This document shows, one piece after another, positions 51,715-63,901 of a DNA stretch of 64,000 nucleotides. The DNA is from Euprymna scolopes (taxonomy: Eukaryota): the NCBI GenBank assembly GCA_053919585.1, contig CM132798.1; one strand, given 5' to 3'. Position 1 is the stretch's first letter; each line of letters begins with the position of its first letter. The notes below the pieces were generated by a model, which did no database searches, was not told the origin of the DNA, and was given only the letters and a program-made list of their open reading frames with translations. A program made the translations under genes and the position numbers.

Positions 51715-52334
51715 TGAATTGAGTCCAAAACAATAAATCTTAAGGGGTTATAATAGGGGTCAAAGTTTAAAAAAATTTGACCTCTGCGGTCTCTACCAAA
51801 TTACTCAGACAATTTCTGGTCTAAACATTTGAAATTTTACATAAAGGGTATTCAGAGATAGGGCAAGCTTTTTAATCGGTTTGGGTCGAAAATTTGAGTT
51901 ACCAATATATAAATGTATGTATGTATGTATGTATGTTTGCATGTCTGCCTAAAAATTTTGACAGAGGTGACAGATTTTTACAAGATCAGTATCGTTTTGA
52001 AGTTCGACCTTTCAGATGACAAATATAAAAAAATTGGCTAAAAACATTAATATCTTCACCTTCAACTAGGCACTTTTCTACAGGGGGAGGGGCTCACTTT
52101 TTTTGCCGATATTTTCAAAAGTCATCCTCTCCTTTCAATTGTCTAGCCTTAATTTAAACCTACATCACTTCAGTTTGGTGGTGGTCTTAACAGCAAAGAC
52201 GTCAGATTTTTTTCCCATTCTTTTCCTCCTTTGTGGTACAGATTCGAGCCTGCCTTCCAACTACCACTTTTTTTTTTTTTTTTTGCTCAACATACACCTC
52301 CAAACACCCGGGCAACGCTGGGCTGAAATGCTAG
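51715..52334 (+). mobile_element. Non-autonomous Helitron, long form, 5'-truncated
   Basis: Reverse complement of 58950-59560; hairpin plus CTAG|T. Confidence 0.75.
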
Positions 52335-52830
52335 TATATTACGTATGAAAGATGCCACTGTTTAATCTCCACAGGTTCCACTAGTTTTATATGAATATTT
52401 TAGGAATACATCTGACGGTGTGCAATAGAATAACTCGTCTTCATCGATTAATGAAATAATGGACAGTAGTTTGGGTTAAGATGGAGGGGGGGTATATTTA
52501 ATTCAAGATTAACAAAAAAAAAAAAAAAAAAAAACTGTGGAAACCTGAAATAAAGAAAATGAATACATCTACGATTGAATATGACGTTTCTTCTGGCCGA
52601 AGGCTTTTTCTTGTGTGCCACATTAATTGCTCATTATTAGCAGATTAAATATGATGTATGATATAGCCATTGGGTAATTGTTCATTATAATTGCTGTCAT
52701 ATGTCGAAAATCATGGTTGAAAATTATCTAATTTATTCTCTATCTGCATTGATCAAATAATACTTAACCTGAAAAGTACGATACATCTAAATTGAATCTA
52801 TTATTCTATGTGTGTGTGTGTGTGCGACCC

Positions 52831-53118
52831 ACGTACGGTATAACTACATTGACACACCGGTTTTCGTGAGATCAGAGTTAAACAAATGTTGAGCCTGGCT
52901 AATACCAAATGGGCAACCATTTAGGAATTCTAGGTGCTGTATGTCCTCTCCGCTTATCTCAGCATTGTTTCCAGTCATCGTGAACCTTTACTTGCCAATG
53001 GTATTTAACAACACCAACTCAGGAGAGGTTTGGTTGGATTATGCAACTTTTCCACAAATATTTCATGCGCAGACACCCTTACAGTCGGTATCCTTAGTCG
53101 TTTAAGAGTGCAGGAAGT
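52831..53118 (+). mobile_element. 5S rRNA-headed SINE
   Basis: Colinear with 39744-40050. Confidence 0.8.
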
Positions 53119-53128
53119 TTTCTATAAC

Positions 53129-53172
53129 CCATGCTGATGACGCTTGATAGCTAGAAACATGCATATTCATGG
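53129..53172 (+). ncRNA. Hammerhead ribozyme motif
   Basis: ccatg-CTGATGA-cgcttgatagcta-GAAA-catgcata-TT-catgg; perfect stem I. Confidence 0.7.
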
Positions 53173-53431
53173 CTATACCTTTTATGCATGTAATAATATT
53201 TAATAATAAAAAATAAATAAAAATACATCCCATAAAAAATACGGGGTGACTCATATATAAATGTATATGAATAAGAAAAGGAACTTATAGCTCTTTAACA
53301 AAAATGCTAATGTAGCAAAAAAAAAAATAAATAACGGCATTTCAAAGCTGTTAATATTGCTTTAAAAAAAAAAACACCAACAAAAAATCTTAAATTTAAA
53401 AGTGATAAAAAACCGTGCATTCAAGTGGTGA

Positions 53432-53534
53432 GTCATTGTAGCTCATTGGTAGAATGCCAGACTATGGATGCAGATGTCATCAGTTTGATCATAACCCATG
53501 CTGATAATGGCTGAAAGCTAGAAATATGCATGTA
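53432..53534 (+). mobile_element. tRNA-like head fused directly to a degenerate hammerhead
   Basis: tagctcattggtaga (A box)..gactatggat..gtttgatc (B box), then ccatg-CTGATAA-tggct gaa agcta-GAAA-tatgcatg-TA. Confidence 0.65.
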
Positions 53535-53542
53535 ATAATAAT

Positions 53543-53614
<72 letters not shown>

Positions 53615-54889
53615 TAAAAAAACTTATGTTACATATTTCAAAAAAACATACCATGGTTTCATTGATGTGGATTCATTTACCATTTAAAAGGCCACTAAAA
53701 CATCATCAAATCATTAGTAACTCACAAAATGAAAATCAATCAAATAATGATATTCAAAGCAAATTCACTAGTAAATCCTACCGGTGGACTCCATTTTTTC
53801 ATTTGTTTTGATTTTGTGGGTCATTTCTGATTTGAATGGATTCTTAATGGCCTTTAAATGGTATGTTTCTGAAATATTTAATGCATAGTTTTTAAATAAA
53901 TAATCTGTATTTTAGCTCTTGCATTTACAATCAAGCACTTTATTGATTTTTTTTCAACACAACCTGACACACACACGCACACACATACTAAAAGAAAAAA
54001 ATGGGTAAAATTAATTTTTAAAAATGGGTAAAATTAATTTTTAAAAATGGGTAAAATTAATTTTACACTCAAACTTTTATGCAAAAATTAAAATATATAA
54101 TATTATAAATATATAATGATGCTAAACCGTATACTTTGAATCCTTATTCTCATTTTGATCAAAATTCGTTACATTGTTTTTGATTTTTAGAAAATTTCTA
54201 AAATGTCAGGCTTTAGCTTAAAAAGTATTAATAATAAATTAAATTCTAGGGAATCTTACTTAATTGTTGTCTAAATTGAAGTACATATAACCTATATTGT
54301 CCATTTTTATGCCTGGCAAGTGTGTTCCAACATTCGTAATGATTTGTTTAGGAATTTATGCTGTACAATAAAATATAATTTCCATACATGTACCTCTTAA
54401 ATATTAACGTTTGCAAAAATACAATCTGCCCATGTTACTTACGATAAAATTTATAATAATTCTTCCATTAGTTATGATATTATCTAAGAATATCGTCTCC
54501 AGTTAAATTAATGCTCTAAACAGTTTGCACCACTTCTATGTCCTTTTCAAAGATTAAAATCACAATATATAATCATACTAAACCTTTTGTCTAGAATCCT
54601 TATTTAATCTTGATCAAAATCCATTGCATTATTTCGATTTTAGAAAATGTCTAACATTTAAGGTTTAACCCTAAGGGGTCTTCAGAAGAAATTGAAATTC
54701 AGGGAATCTTGATATATTACTGTCTATGGATTAACTGCAGTACAAATGTGATATGCTTAAAATTTTTATGAAAGGTTGTGCCCATATTATGCTCCCAAAA
54801 ACCATTTAAAATATTCCAAAAGAACTTGAGTTTGTGAAATATTTATTAATTAAATTATTATTATTATTATTATCATTATTTTTATTTAT

Positions 54890-55310
54890 TGTTTTTTTTT
54901 TTTTTTACAAACGAATCACCATTTATGAAGGTTTGGAGACCACTCGAGGATAAGGGCTAATGAGTGTACAGTAATCAATTGGACAATATTGTAGTGATTG
55001 TTAGTTATGGAAATTTGGTAAATTGGATTACTTAAGGAGAAGACTTATCAAGAACTTGTTTACGTTGGATTTGAAGACGACCATATTGTAGTCACCTGGA
55101 AAGCAGGCAAACGGAAGAGAATTCCACAGATGTGCAGTTCTAAGAGAGAAGCTTTGTTCATGGAATCAACGATTAGGGTTTATAAGAGTCAGGGAAATTA
55201 TTGATTGTGGTTTCAGCTAGATGAGTGTTTTTCATGAAAGTTTGGCAAGGGAGAGGAGCCATAGATTGGAACTCAGGCGAGGACTTGCCATGAAAATAAC
55301 GAGAGAGCAG
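54890..55310 (-). mobile_element. LINE 3' remnant (same family as 37393-38182)
   Basis: Colinear with 37393-37800 including the tail; isolated tail also at 50401-50465. Confidence 0.75.
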
Positions 55311-55829
55311 AGATGTCTAAAGTGTAATGCCTATCGTTAAAATTTCACAAAAATCAGAGGTATCTTCCATGCCCTTTTTTTTACCTGCTTTGCATAAAAC
55401 TAAATTAAATTTAGACATTTAAGCCTAGCTGTTGTGTTTCAAAATTTATAGTGATCATGTATTTAGTTTAGGGCTAAATTCTGTACGTACGAATATATAA
55501 ACTTTCTAACTTTTATAATAATAGGATTGTAATCTAATGATGGAGTCGTGTTCTAAGTGAGTTTGCTCGTTACCATTACCAGTATTTTTAAAGCTCTCTT
55601 TATAAACGAATTGAGCACTTTGCTGCTAATAATGTTTATATAAACATTAAGACTTAATCTACTTGTGATAACCTCGTGTTAGAAACACTATAAAAAAAGC
55701 AGTTGAGTTTCGACCCCAGCTTGAAATGCTTGACTGTCTAGCCACACTGAATCTGTGATGACTATGTATATATACTAGCTGTACTAACTGGTGTTGTCTA
55801 GGAATCTTTACTTTGATTTTTGTTTCACA

Positions 55830-56165
55830 TGTTATTATTCAAATATGTACAATTTTGTAAAAGTTCAACGAAAAACTTGTTATTATTCAAATATGTACAA
55901 TTTTGTAAAAGTTCAACGAAAAACTTGTTATTATTCAAATATGTACAATTTTGTAAAAGTTCAACGAAAAACTTGTTATTATTCAAATATGTACAATTTT
56001 GTAAAAGTTCAACGAAAAACTTGTTATTATTCAAATATGTACAATTTTGTAAAAGTTCAACGAAAAACTTGTTGTTATTCAAATATGTACAATTTTGTAA
56101 AAGTTCAACGAAAAACTTGTTGTTATTCAAATATGTACAATTTTGTAAAAGTTCAACGAAAAACT
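55830..56165. repeat. Minisatellite, 48-bp unit x7
   Basis: tgttattattcaaatatgtacaattttgtaaaagttcaacgaaaaact repeated; one variant in the last two units. Confidence 0.97.
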
Positions 56166-56594
56166 CTATGTAAGAAAAAAGAGGGGGTTTTGTAATTGAA
56201 TCTAATTGATGTCTTATGAGATACTAAAATTTCTTTGCAACTAAAAAGTAAGCAATTTTTTAATTTTTAATTGTAAAAACCATGTGTATTTGTATGTTTA
56301 TACACACACAGGCTAGATTGTTCTTTGATATTTTTATTTTGTTTTATTGTTTGAAAAAGATTAGCGAGAAGAAGGCGGACATAAGAAGAACAATCAAAGC
56401 ATTATTAACAGTCAACTTTGTTTCATACAATATTTTCATTGGCTTCCTGCTTTCATCAATTAAGCTTTCGTTCATTGTTATAACCAAACCGAGAACTGCA
56501 AATACATTGTTTTTAATTATCAACCAATGACACATGTATGCATACAAATTAATGTGCTGTTTCGCTCATGAAAACCCACCATAATATTAAACTA

Positions 56595-57531
56595 CAAGGT
56601 GCGTTCAATAAGTTTCCAGACATTTTTTGTATGGGCACTTTTATTGATAGTACACACATGAAACACCAGTCCCCTTTGAAGTAATCTCCTCCGGTTGCAA
56701 TGTACTTGTTGTACCGTTCCAACAACTTCTGGAATGCCCCATGGAAGTCCTCTTGTGTGAGCGTGTCAATGATCCTCTACACAGCCTCTTTCATCTCCTT
56801 AATTGTCTTATAACGACAGCCTCTAAGGTTTTCCTTGAGCTTAGGAAATAACCAAGAGTCACAGAGAGCAAGGTATGAACTATAGGGAGGGTGAGGAATT
56901 GTCTTGATGTCCATCTTGGCTAAATAGTGTGTGTCAAGGATGAAACACCATTGGGACAAACTTCACGCAAATCTTCTGCATTTTTATTCCTCACGGATAA
57001 TTGTGTGTACAGTTCCCACACTAATATCAAACTGTGCACTTATTGTCTCTTTAGACACATGATGATCCTTTTCCATGAAATTCTTTATTTGGCCAATCAA
57101 CTCTGGTGTTCTGACTTCCTTACATACCCACATTTCTCATCATACTTCACAAACTTTCTGCCTTCCTTGAATTTCTTATGCCACTCAAAAACTGATGCTT
57201 GATTCATGCAAGATGGTCCAAAAGCAGCCTGAAGCATTCCACACGTTTCTGTGGCATTTTTGCCAAGTTTAAAACAATTTTATTGCATATTTTTCTTCTA
57301 AGGTGTCCTTACATCCAGATTGCAATTTTTGAAATTCACCAGCTGTGACAATCAGGCTTTAGTAGGGTGTATTCGAATTTCTGCTGTAGCTGTTTATTTG
57401 AACCTGAAATCTTAAAAATTGGTAAGTCATCTCATAAGTTGTATAGCAATAACATACTGAATTTTCATGGATCCATGACAATTTTAAATGCCTGTACAAA
57501 AGAAGCCTGGAAAGTTATTGAAGGCACCTTG
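56595..57531 (-). mobile_element. Internally deleted mariner transposon
   Basis: TA-flanked TIRs caaggtgcgttcaataagtttccag / ctggaaagttattgaaggcaccttg; PHPPYSSYLALCDSWLFPKLK remnant. Confidence 0.85.
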
Positions 57532-58063
57532 TAGTTTTCTTTATCAATGAAAAGGAATGCGTGTAAGCATTTTAATCAAACAAAACACGTAACTATTAGC
57601 TTCATTTATATTCTGCTAAATGACCCCCCCTCCCGATGAAGATTGTTAACATCTTACATAATGTGCAAATAAAATGAATTTTGAGGTAACAGAAACCATG
57701 TGTTCGTGTGTTGATACAAACATTTACCTTTTTAATTTGAACAACATGAGTTCTGTCTATATCAGTGAAATAAGAAAATGTGAAATTTCAGATTGTCTTA
57801 ACATGTAATAAGTGTCTGAATTTAAATTTAAAAAATTTAAGCATCATGTAAATAAAGTAGAGGATAAAATGAAAGAATTTACCCTAATTATTCAATGAAA
57901 ATAAATGGTGAATTTCAGGAAATGTATTTTACTAAAAAATTAATTGACATTTCAGTTTTTTACTAATTAATTCTGATTAACCGATTACAGAATTTAAGTG
58001 ATTTGTCAGATGCAATGCTATTGCTAACATTGAGAATTCAAATGACTTTATTTTATATATATA

Positions 58064-60339
58064 CTAGCATGGGTGCCTGATATTTCCCAAGTGTTTTGAG
58101 GTGTGTGTTGAACAAAAAAAAAAAAATTAAAAAAGTGGTAGTAGGAAGGCAGGCTCGAACCTGTACCGTAAAGGAGGAAAAGAATGGGGAAAAAACGTGA
58201 CGTCTTTGCTGTTATGACCACTGCCAAACCGGAAGTGACGTAGGTTTAAATTAAGGCAATCGAAAAGAAGGGATGACTTTCGAAAATATCGCCGAAAAAA
58301 GCAACCCCTCCGTGTAGAAAAGTGCCCAGTTGAAGGTGAAGAGATTAATGTTTTCAACCAATTGTTCGGTATTTGTCGTCTGAAGGGTCGAGCTTCAAAA
58401 CGATACCGATCTTGTGAAAATCCATTGCCTCTGTCGAAAGTTTTATGCAGACATACATTTATATATTGGTAACTCAAATTTTCGACCCAAACCGATTAAA
58501 AAGCTTGCCCTATCTCTGAATACCCTTTATGTAAAATTTCAAATATTTAGACCAGAAATTATCTGAGTAATTTGGTAGAGACCGCAGAGGTCAAATTTTT
58601 TAAAACTTTGACCCCTATTATGACCCCTTAACATTTATTGTTTTGGGTTCATATCAAGTTATTAAATTAGATCCATGTCCAAGGAACCTATATCTAAAGT
58701 ATCAATTGTTTATACCCAAAATTGTCGGAGGAGTTTGGTAGAGTTCTCAAAGGTCAAACGTTGAACTTTGACCTCTTAACAGCCAAATTTCTGGCCGAAA
58801 ACCGATTAGAAAGATTTTCCCAAATTTCAATACCCTGTATATCAAATTTCGAGTCTGTAGACCGAAAATTGACAGAGTTATTGTATAGGGAAATGTACAC
58901 AGACAGACAGACAGACACTTTCACTTTTATAGAGATATATATATATATAATAGCATTTCAGCCCGGCGTTGCCCAGGTGTATGGATGTGTTTGTTGAGAA
59001 AAGAAAAAAACAAAGTTGTAGTAGAAAGGCAGGCTCAAACCCGTACTGCGAAGGAGGAAAAGAACGGGTGAAAAACAAAAACGGATGTCTTTGCGGTTAC
59101 AACCACCGCCAATCCTGAAGTGACTCATGTTTAAATTAAGGCTAGACAATCAAAAGGAGAGGATAACTTTCAAAAAATATCGGTGAAAAAAGCGCCCCCC
59201 CTATAGAAAAGTGCCTAGTTGAAGGTGACGATATTGATGTTTTTAGGCAATTTTCTGATATCTGTCATATGAAAGGTCGAACTTTAAAACGATACTGATC
59301 TTGCTAAAATCTGTCGCCTTTGTCGAAAGTTTTAGGCACACATGCAAACATACATACATACATACATACATTTATATATTGGTAACTGAAAACCGATGAA
59401 AAAGCTTGCCCTATCTCTGAATACCCTTTATGTAAAATTTCAAATGTTTAGACCAGAAATTGTCTGAGTAATTTGGTAGAGACCGCAGAGGTCAAATTTT
59501 TTTAAACTTTGACCCCTATTATGACCCCTGAACATTTATTGTTTTGGGCTCAATTCAAGTTATTAAGTTAGATCCATATCCAAGGAACCTATATCTAAAA
59601 TTTCAAGTGTTTAGACCCAAAATTGTCGGAGGAGTTTGGTGGAGTTCTCAAAAGTCAAATCCTTGAACTTTGATCCCTTAGCAGCCAAATTTCTGGCCAA
59701 CAACGGAACACAAAGATTTTCCCAAATCTCAGTACCCTTTCTATCAAATTTCGAGTCTGTAGACTTAAAATTGACAAAGTTATTACGTAGGGAAATGTAC
59801 ACACACCCACACAAACACACAGACACAGACAAACAGATACACAGACACATTCACTTTTATAGATATACTAGTATGGGTGACCGGTGTTGCCTGGATGTTT
59901 GGAGGTGTATGCTGAGCAAAAAACGGTCAATTTTTTTAACGTTGACCCTTTTATGACCCCTTAACATTTATTGTTTGGGGCTCAAATCAAGTTATTAAGT
60001 TAGATCTATGTCCAAGGAACATATATCTAAAATTTCAAGTGTTTAGACCCCAAATCGTCGGAGGAGTTTGGTAGAGTTCTCAAAGGTTAAATCGTTGAAC
60101 TTTGACTCCTTAACAGCCAAATTTCTGGGCGAAAACCGATCACATAGATTTTTCCAAATCTCAGTACCTTGGATATCAAATTTCGAGTCGGTAGACTAAA
60201 AATTGACAGAATTATTGCGTAGGGAAATGTACACACACACACACACGTTCACTTTTATAGATATATTTATTTAATATTACGTTTAATTTGACTTATTGGT
60301 TTCTGAAAAAATGACAAATGCGGGCTCTCTTTTCTGCGT

Positions 60340-60389
<50 letters not shown>

Positions 60390-60766
60390 TAGTATGGGTT
60401 CCCGGCGTTGCCCGGGTATTTGGAGGTATATGTTGAGCAAAAAAAAAAAAGTGGTCAATTTTTTTAAATTTTACCCCTATGGCCCCTTAAAATTTATTGT
60501 TTTGGGCTCAAATTAAGTTATTTAGTTAGATTAATGTCCAAGGAATCTATATCTAAAATTTCAAGTGTTTAGACCCAAAATTGTCGGAGGAGTTTGATAG
60601 AGTTCTCAAAGATCAAATCGTTGAACTTTGACCCCTTAACAGCCAAATTTCTGGCCGACAACCGATCACATAGATTTTCCCAAATCTCAGTAACCTGTAT
60701 ATCAAATTTCTAGTCTGTAGACTAAAAATTAACAGAGTTATTGCATAGGGAAATGTACACACACAG
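58064..60766 (-). mobile_element. Head-to-tail array of four non-autonomous Helitrons (58064-58935, 58950-59862, 59868-60261, 60389-gap)
   Basis: Each begins on + with (C)TAG plus a cccggcgttgcccggg-type hairpin; the first three end cacttttatagA; two long and two short forms. Confidence 0.85.
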
Positions 60767-62206
60767 NNNNNNNNNNNNNNNNNNNNNNNNNNNNNNNNNN
60801 NNNNNNNNNNNNNNNNNNNNNNNNNNNNNNNNNNNNNNNNNNNNNNNNNNNNNNNNNNNNNNNNNNNNNNNNNNNNNNNNNNNNNNNNNNNNNNNNNNNN
60901 NNNNNNAAATGTCTCTACATCATATTTCAAAACATAGACTTTCTTGATGAGGGCAATCTTTTGAGAAGAAACGTTCACCAGGATGAATAAGAAATGAAGT
61001 TTTCATAAAAGCATTTTAATATTGTTTAGAATGTTTCCTGTGAATAGAAATTTAGAAAAAAAACAAGTACTTGGAAATATCTTGACTTAAAAATTTTTTT
61101 ATAAAAATTACTTACAAAAACCGTGTATACTATAAAATACATAAAGAAATTAGTGTTGGAACAATAAATTGGAATCGGAAAGATCGGAACGTTTTGGGCT
61201 ATTGTCATTAGTATCAGAATCAGAAAAAATTGAACCGGATTTCTAATGCCAAAAACTATTCTTTTACTCATTTTTTTTTTTAAACACTAAATTGCCTATT
61301 TCTGTTTTTCTGGCACAGGTGAAAAATATAAATGAAAATCTTACAATGAGTTTATCAAAATCTTCGATGTAATAGATAGACATTATATTTGCGTTTAAAA
61401 GTAGATGAGGATGCTTTTATTTTATTTATTTTTTTACTGTTATTTTCACTCCAAACAAGGCAGAGTGCCACTTCGACATAACAGGCTAATATTTGGGATA
61501 AAATTTACAAGTATACAATGTAGGGAGTTGAGCAGCAAAATGTCTGTTCACATTACATTTGAACTTCTGCATGTCAGTATAGTCAGGGAAGCATGGATTC
61601 GGGAGGGAATTCTAAAATTTAACAGTTTGAGGGAAAAATCTATAGAATGAATCTATGAATAGAAGGCATTCTAGCAGCTAAGGATCTTTTCAGTATAGAG
61701 GTAGGATTTTGCTGGTGTGAAGGTATCTACTTCATGGGAGTACAAGAGCACATTTAGATAGTGTATCATTAGACAAAAAAAAAAAAAAAAGAAATCAAAT
61801 TTTACTTTTTTTTAGGCAATTTTAGAATCTGAATGGATAACTGTATCAGAATTAGAAATTGTATTGGAATTGGTGAAAAATATTGGAATCATCCCATCAT
61901 TAATAGACATATTTGATTTTGTGATTATGGTATAAGGAATAGATGGAGAGTATTGGGAGTTTTTTCTTAAAAGTCTGAAGTTATATTGATGTGTTTAAAA
62001 AAGAAAAACAATTGAAAGACATTTTTTATTAATTAAATTTAAACAGCTTTGTGCTTTTCCATCGATAGGTTTCTCCTGAGATTTTCTCTGTTGGCAGACA
62101 CTAATATCATAGATTCTTTCGATTGTTGCATATCCTCGACAATAAATTTGACTTCTTTTTTTTTTTTCATGTTTCATTTTCAAAAGTATGATCATGACTA
62201 GGTGTT

Positions 62207-62429
62207 CCTATTTACTTGCTTCCCCACGAGGGAAGAGTTGTACACAAAGTTGGTTTTTAATGTGGAGAAAATCCAACTTCCCTAAAAGGGGCACTCTGGA
62301 TAGTAATAAAAATAAAAATTGCCTCAATCTAGAAACATTTCCCCTCTACTGATTGAGGTCAGAAAAGGTGAAGCATAGTATCAGAACAGATACTACACTT
62401 TGCTCCTAGTCAGAAGGCCAAGGAAACAT
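62207..62429 (-). mobile_element. Full-length U2 snRNA-headed SINE-like element with TSD
   Basis: Reverse complement atgtttccttggccttctgactaggagcaaagtgtagtatctgttct head; atcatgactag(g/t)tgtt at 62191-62206 and 62428-62443. Confidence 0.9.
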
Positions 62430-63394
62430 CATGACTAGTTGTTACTTCTGGATTATCTACATAAGTGAAACAAATTTTCTTAACACCTTAAAATCAGCAA
62501 AACCTTTTATGATGTATGGTTTAGCTAAAATTCGAGCTGAAATTGTAATATTCATCTTTATTAATCTTTATTATACCACGCAGGTAAGCTTACAAATCAG
62601 TTGTTTAGCTTTCATATGCGATTCTGGTTAACCCTAAAATCATACCCTTCATCTTTGCCAATTCTGTTTTCCCATTATTTTATACTCGTAACAGAAGGAA
62701 ACTAAAGCTTTTTACCGTAACAAGGGCTGAAGAATAAAGCAGTTTTCGTAACAACTTAAAATTTCTGCAAAATTTTTAAACAAAGCATTTTTGTAGATTT
62801 CCTCTGATGCTCAAGAAATGTTACGAGGAATGTTAAATGATTTACCTTCTGAGATGATCATAAAAAAATGATCTCAACTGAAAATCATGTGATAAATATA
62901 TAAATCCTGCAGCTGTGTAATAGAGCCTTGCTTCCTTTTATAATTCATGATGTGGCAGACGTACATGCCTTCGAGACCTATTCAGTATGGATTCTGCTAT
63001 TTATATAAATATATTAAAAAAAATTAAGTGTATTTTTTAAACCCAGATTTTATGTGGTTAAAATTGTTAAAAAGTAAAAAAGCATCAGTTACTGAAAAAC
63101 GAGTGTTTCAGAATTTTTTAGATGAGGATTGATAATTTTTATCCTGTGATAAAAAAAAAAAAAAACCCAAACACCTAACTGTTTTCCTATGCATGATGAG
63201 TGATTGAGAGCATTACTTAACATAAGCAAACATTTAAAGTGCAAAATAGTTTTCTGCAAAATATTCTCACAGACTCTGAGGAAAGATTTTTTTAATCCAT
63301 TCTTAAAAACAAAAACTGTATGGAAAGCCATCACTTTATCATAAGGTTCTTAGAATTATAAGCAAGTAGTTGCTTGAATTATTTGATTTATTCA

Positions 63395-63685
63395 AGCTAC
63401 TGTTCTCATCTTGAGTGTTATCCACACAACGATTCAGCCGATGTAACCTCTGACCTTCTTCAGATGTATTTTGTTGAGGTCTAGAATCTTTCTGTCAAAG
63501 TCAGGAATCTGCATGGAATTTTGAATGGAATCCTTTATTAAATCCTCCGGACAGCATGCTCTCATTCCATCAGCCGTCACTGAGTAGATGTCTTAATGAA
63601 TTTGCAATTGTATTTTTCGTATTACTTGCATTGAGGATTGAGCCTTCATTTTCCAGAGTGCTTTATCCATTACACCACAAACCTC
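63395..63685 (-). mobile_element. tRNA-headed element with degenerate hammerhead tail
   Basis: Head tggtgtaatggataaagcac..ggctcaatcc; tail CTGAAGA-aggtcagaggttacatcggct-GAAT-cgttgtg; related fragment at 38505-38570. Confidence 0.6.
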
Positions 63686-63828
63686 TAGTATGATTTTTTT
63701 TATGGTGACATTATCTATTTAAAATTAATGGTTCCCATATTGTATTAAATTCTAGGTTTGCTTAGTAGTTGATCATGTGCTGCTGCTTTTAGTTTACTCT
63801 TCACTGTTCTTCTCTATAATTTTTACTG

Positions 63829-63901
63829 CATCCCATAAGGATAGATAGTTTCCCTTTTTCCTCCATCCCATAAGGATAGATAGTTTCCCTTTTTCCTCCA
63901 T
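63829..63901. repeat. Exact 35-bp tandem duplication
   Basis: catcccataaggatagatagtttccctttttcctc x2. Confidence 0.9.

Noticed and set aside
50401-54960. Apparent piggyBac element (TTAA-CCCTTATCCTCGAGTGG ... CCACTCGAGGATAAGGG-CTAA)
   Set aside because: Both apparent TIRs are the 3' UTR tail of the LINE also seen at 37393-37460, each with its own poly(A); they are two oppositely oriented LINE ends.
55791-56195. Repetitive ORFs in three frames
   Set aside because: By-product of a stop-free 48-bp tandem repeat.
15198-60978. ORFs containing X runs or IYIY/THTH/ERER tracts
   Set aside because: Artefacts of N gaps (15253, 23420, 24680, 27451, 40814, 60767) and microsatellites.
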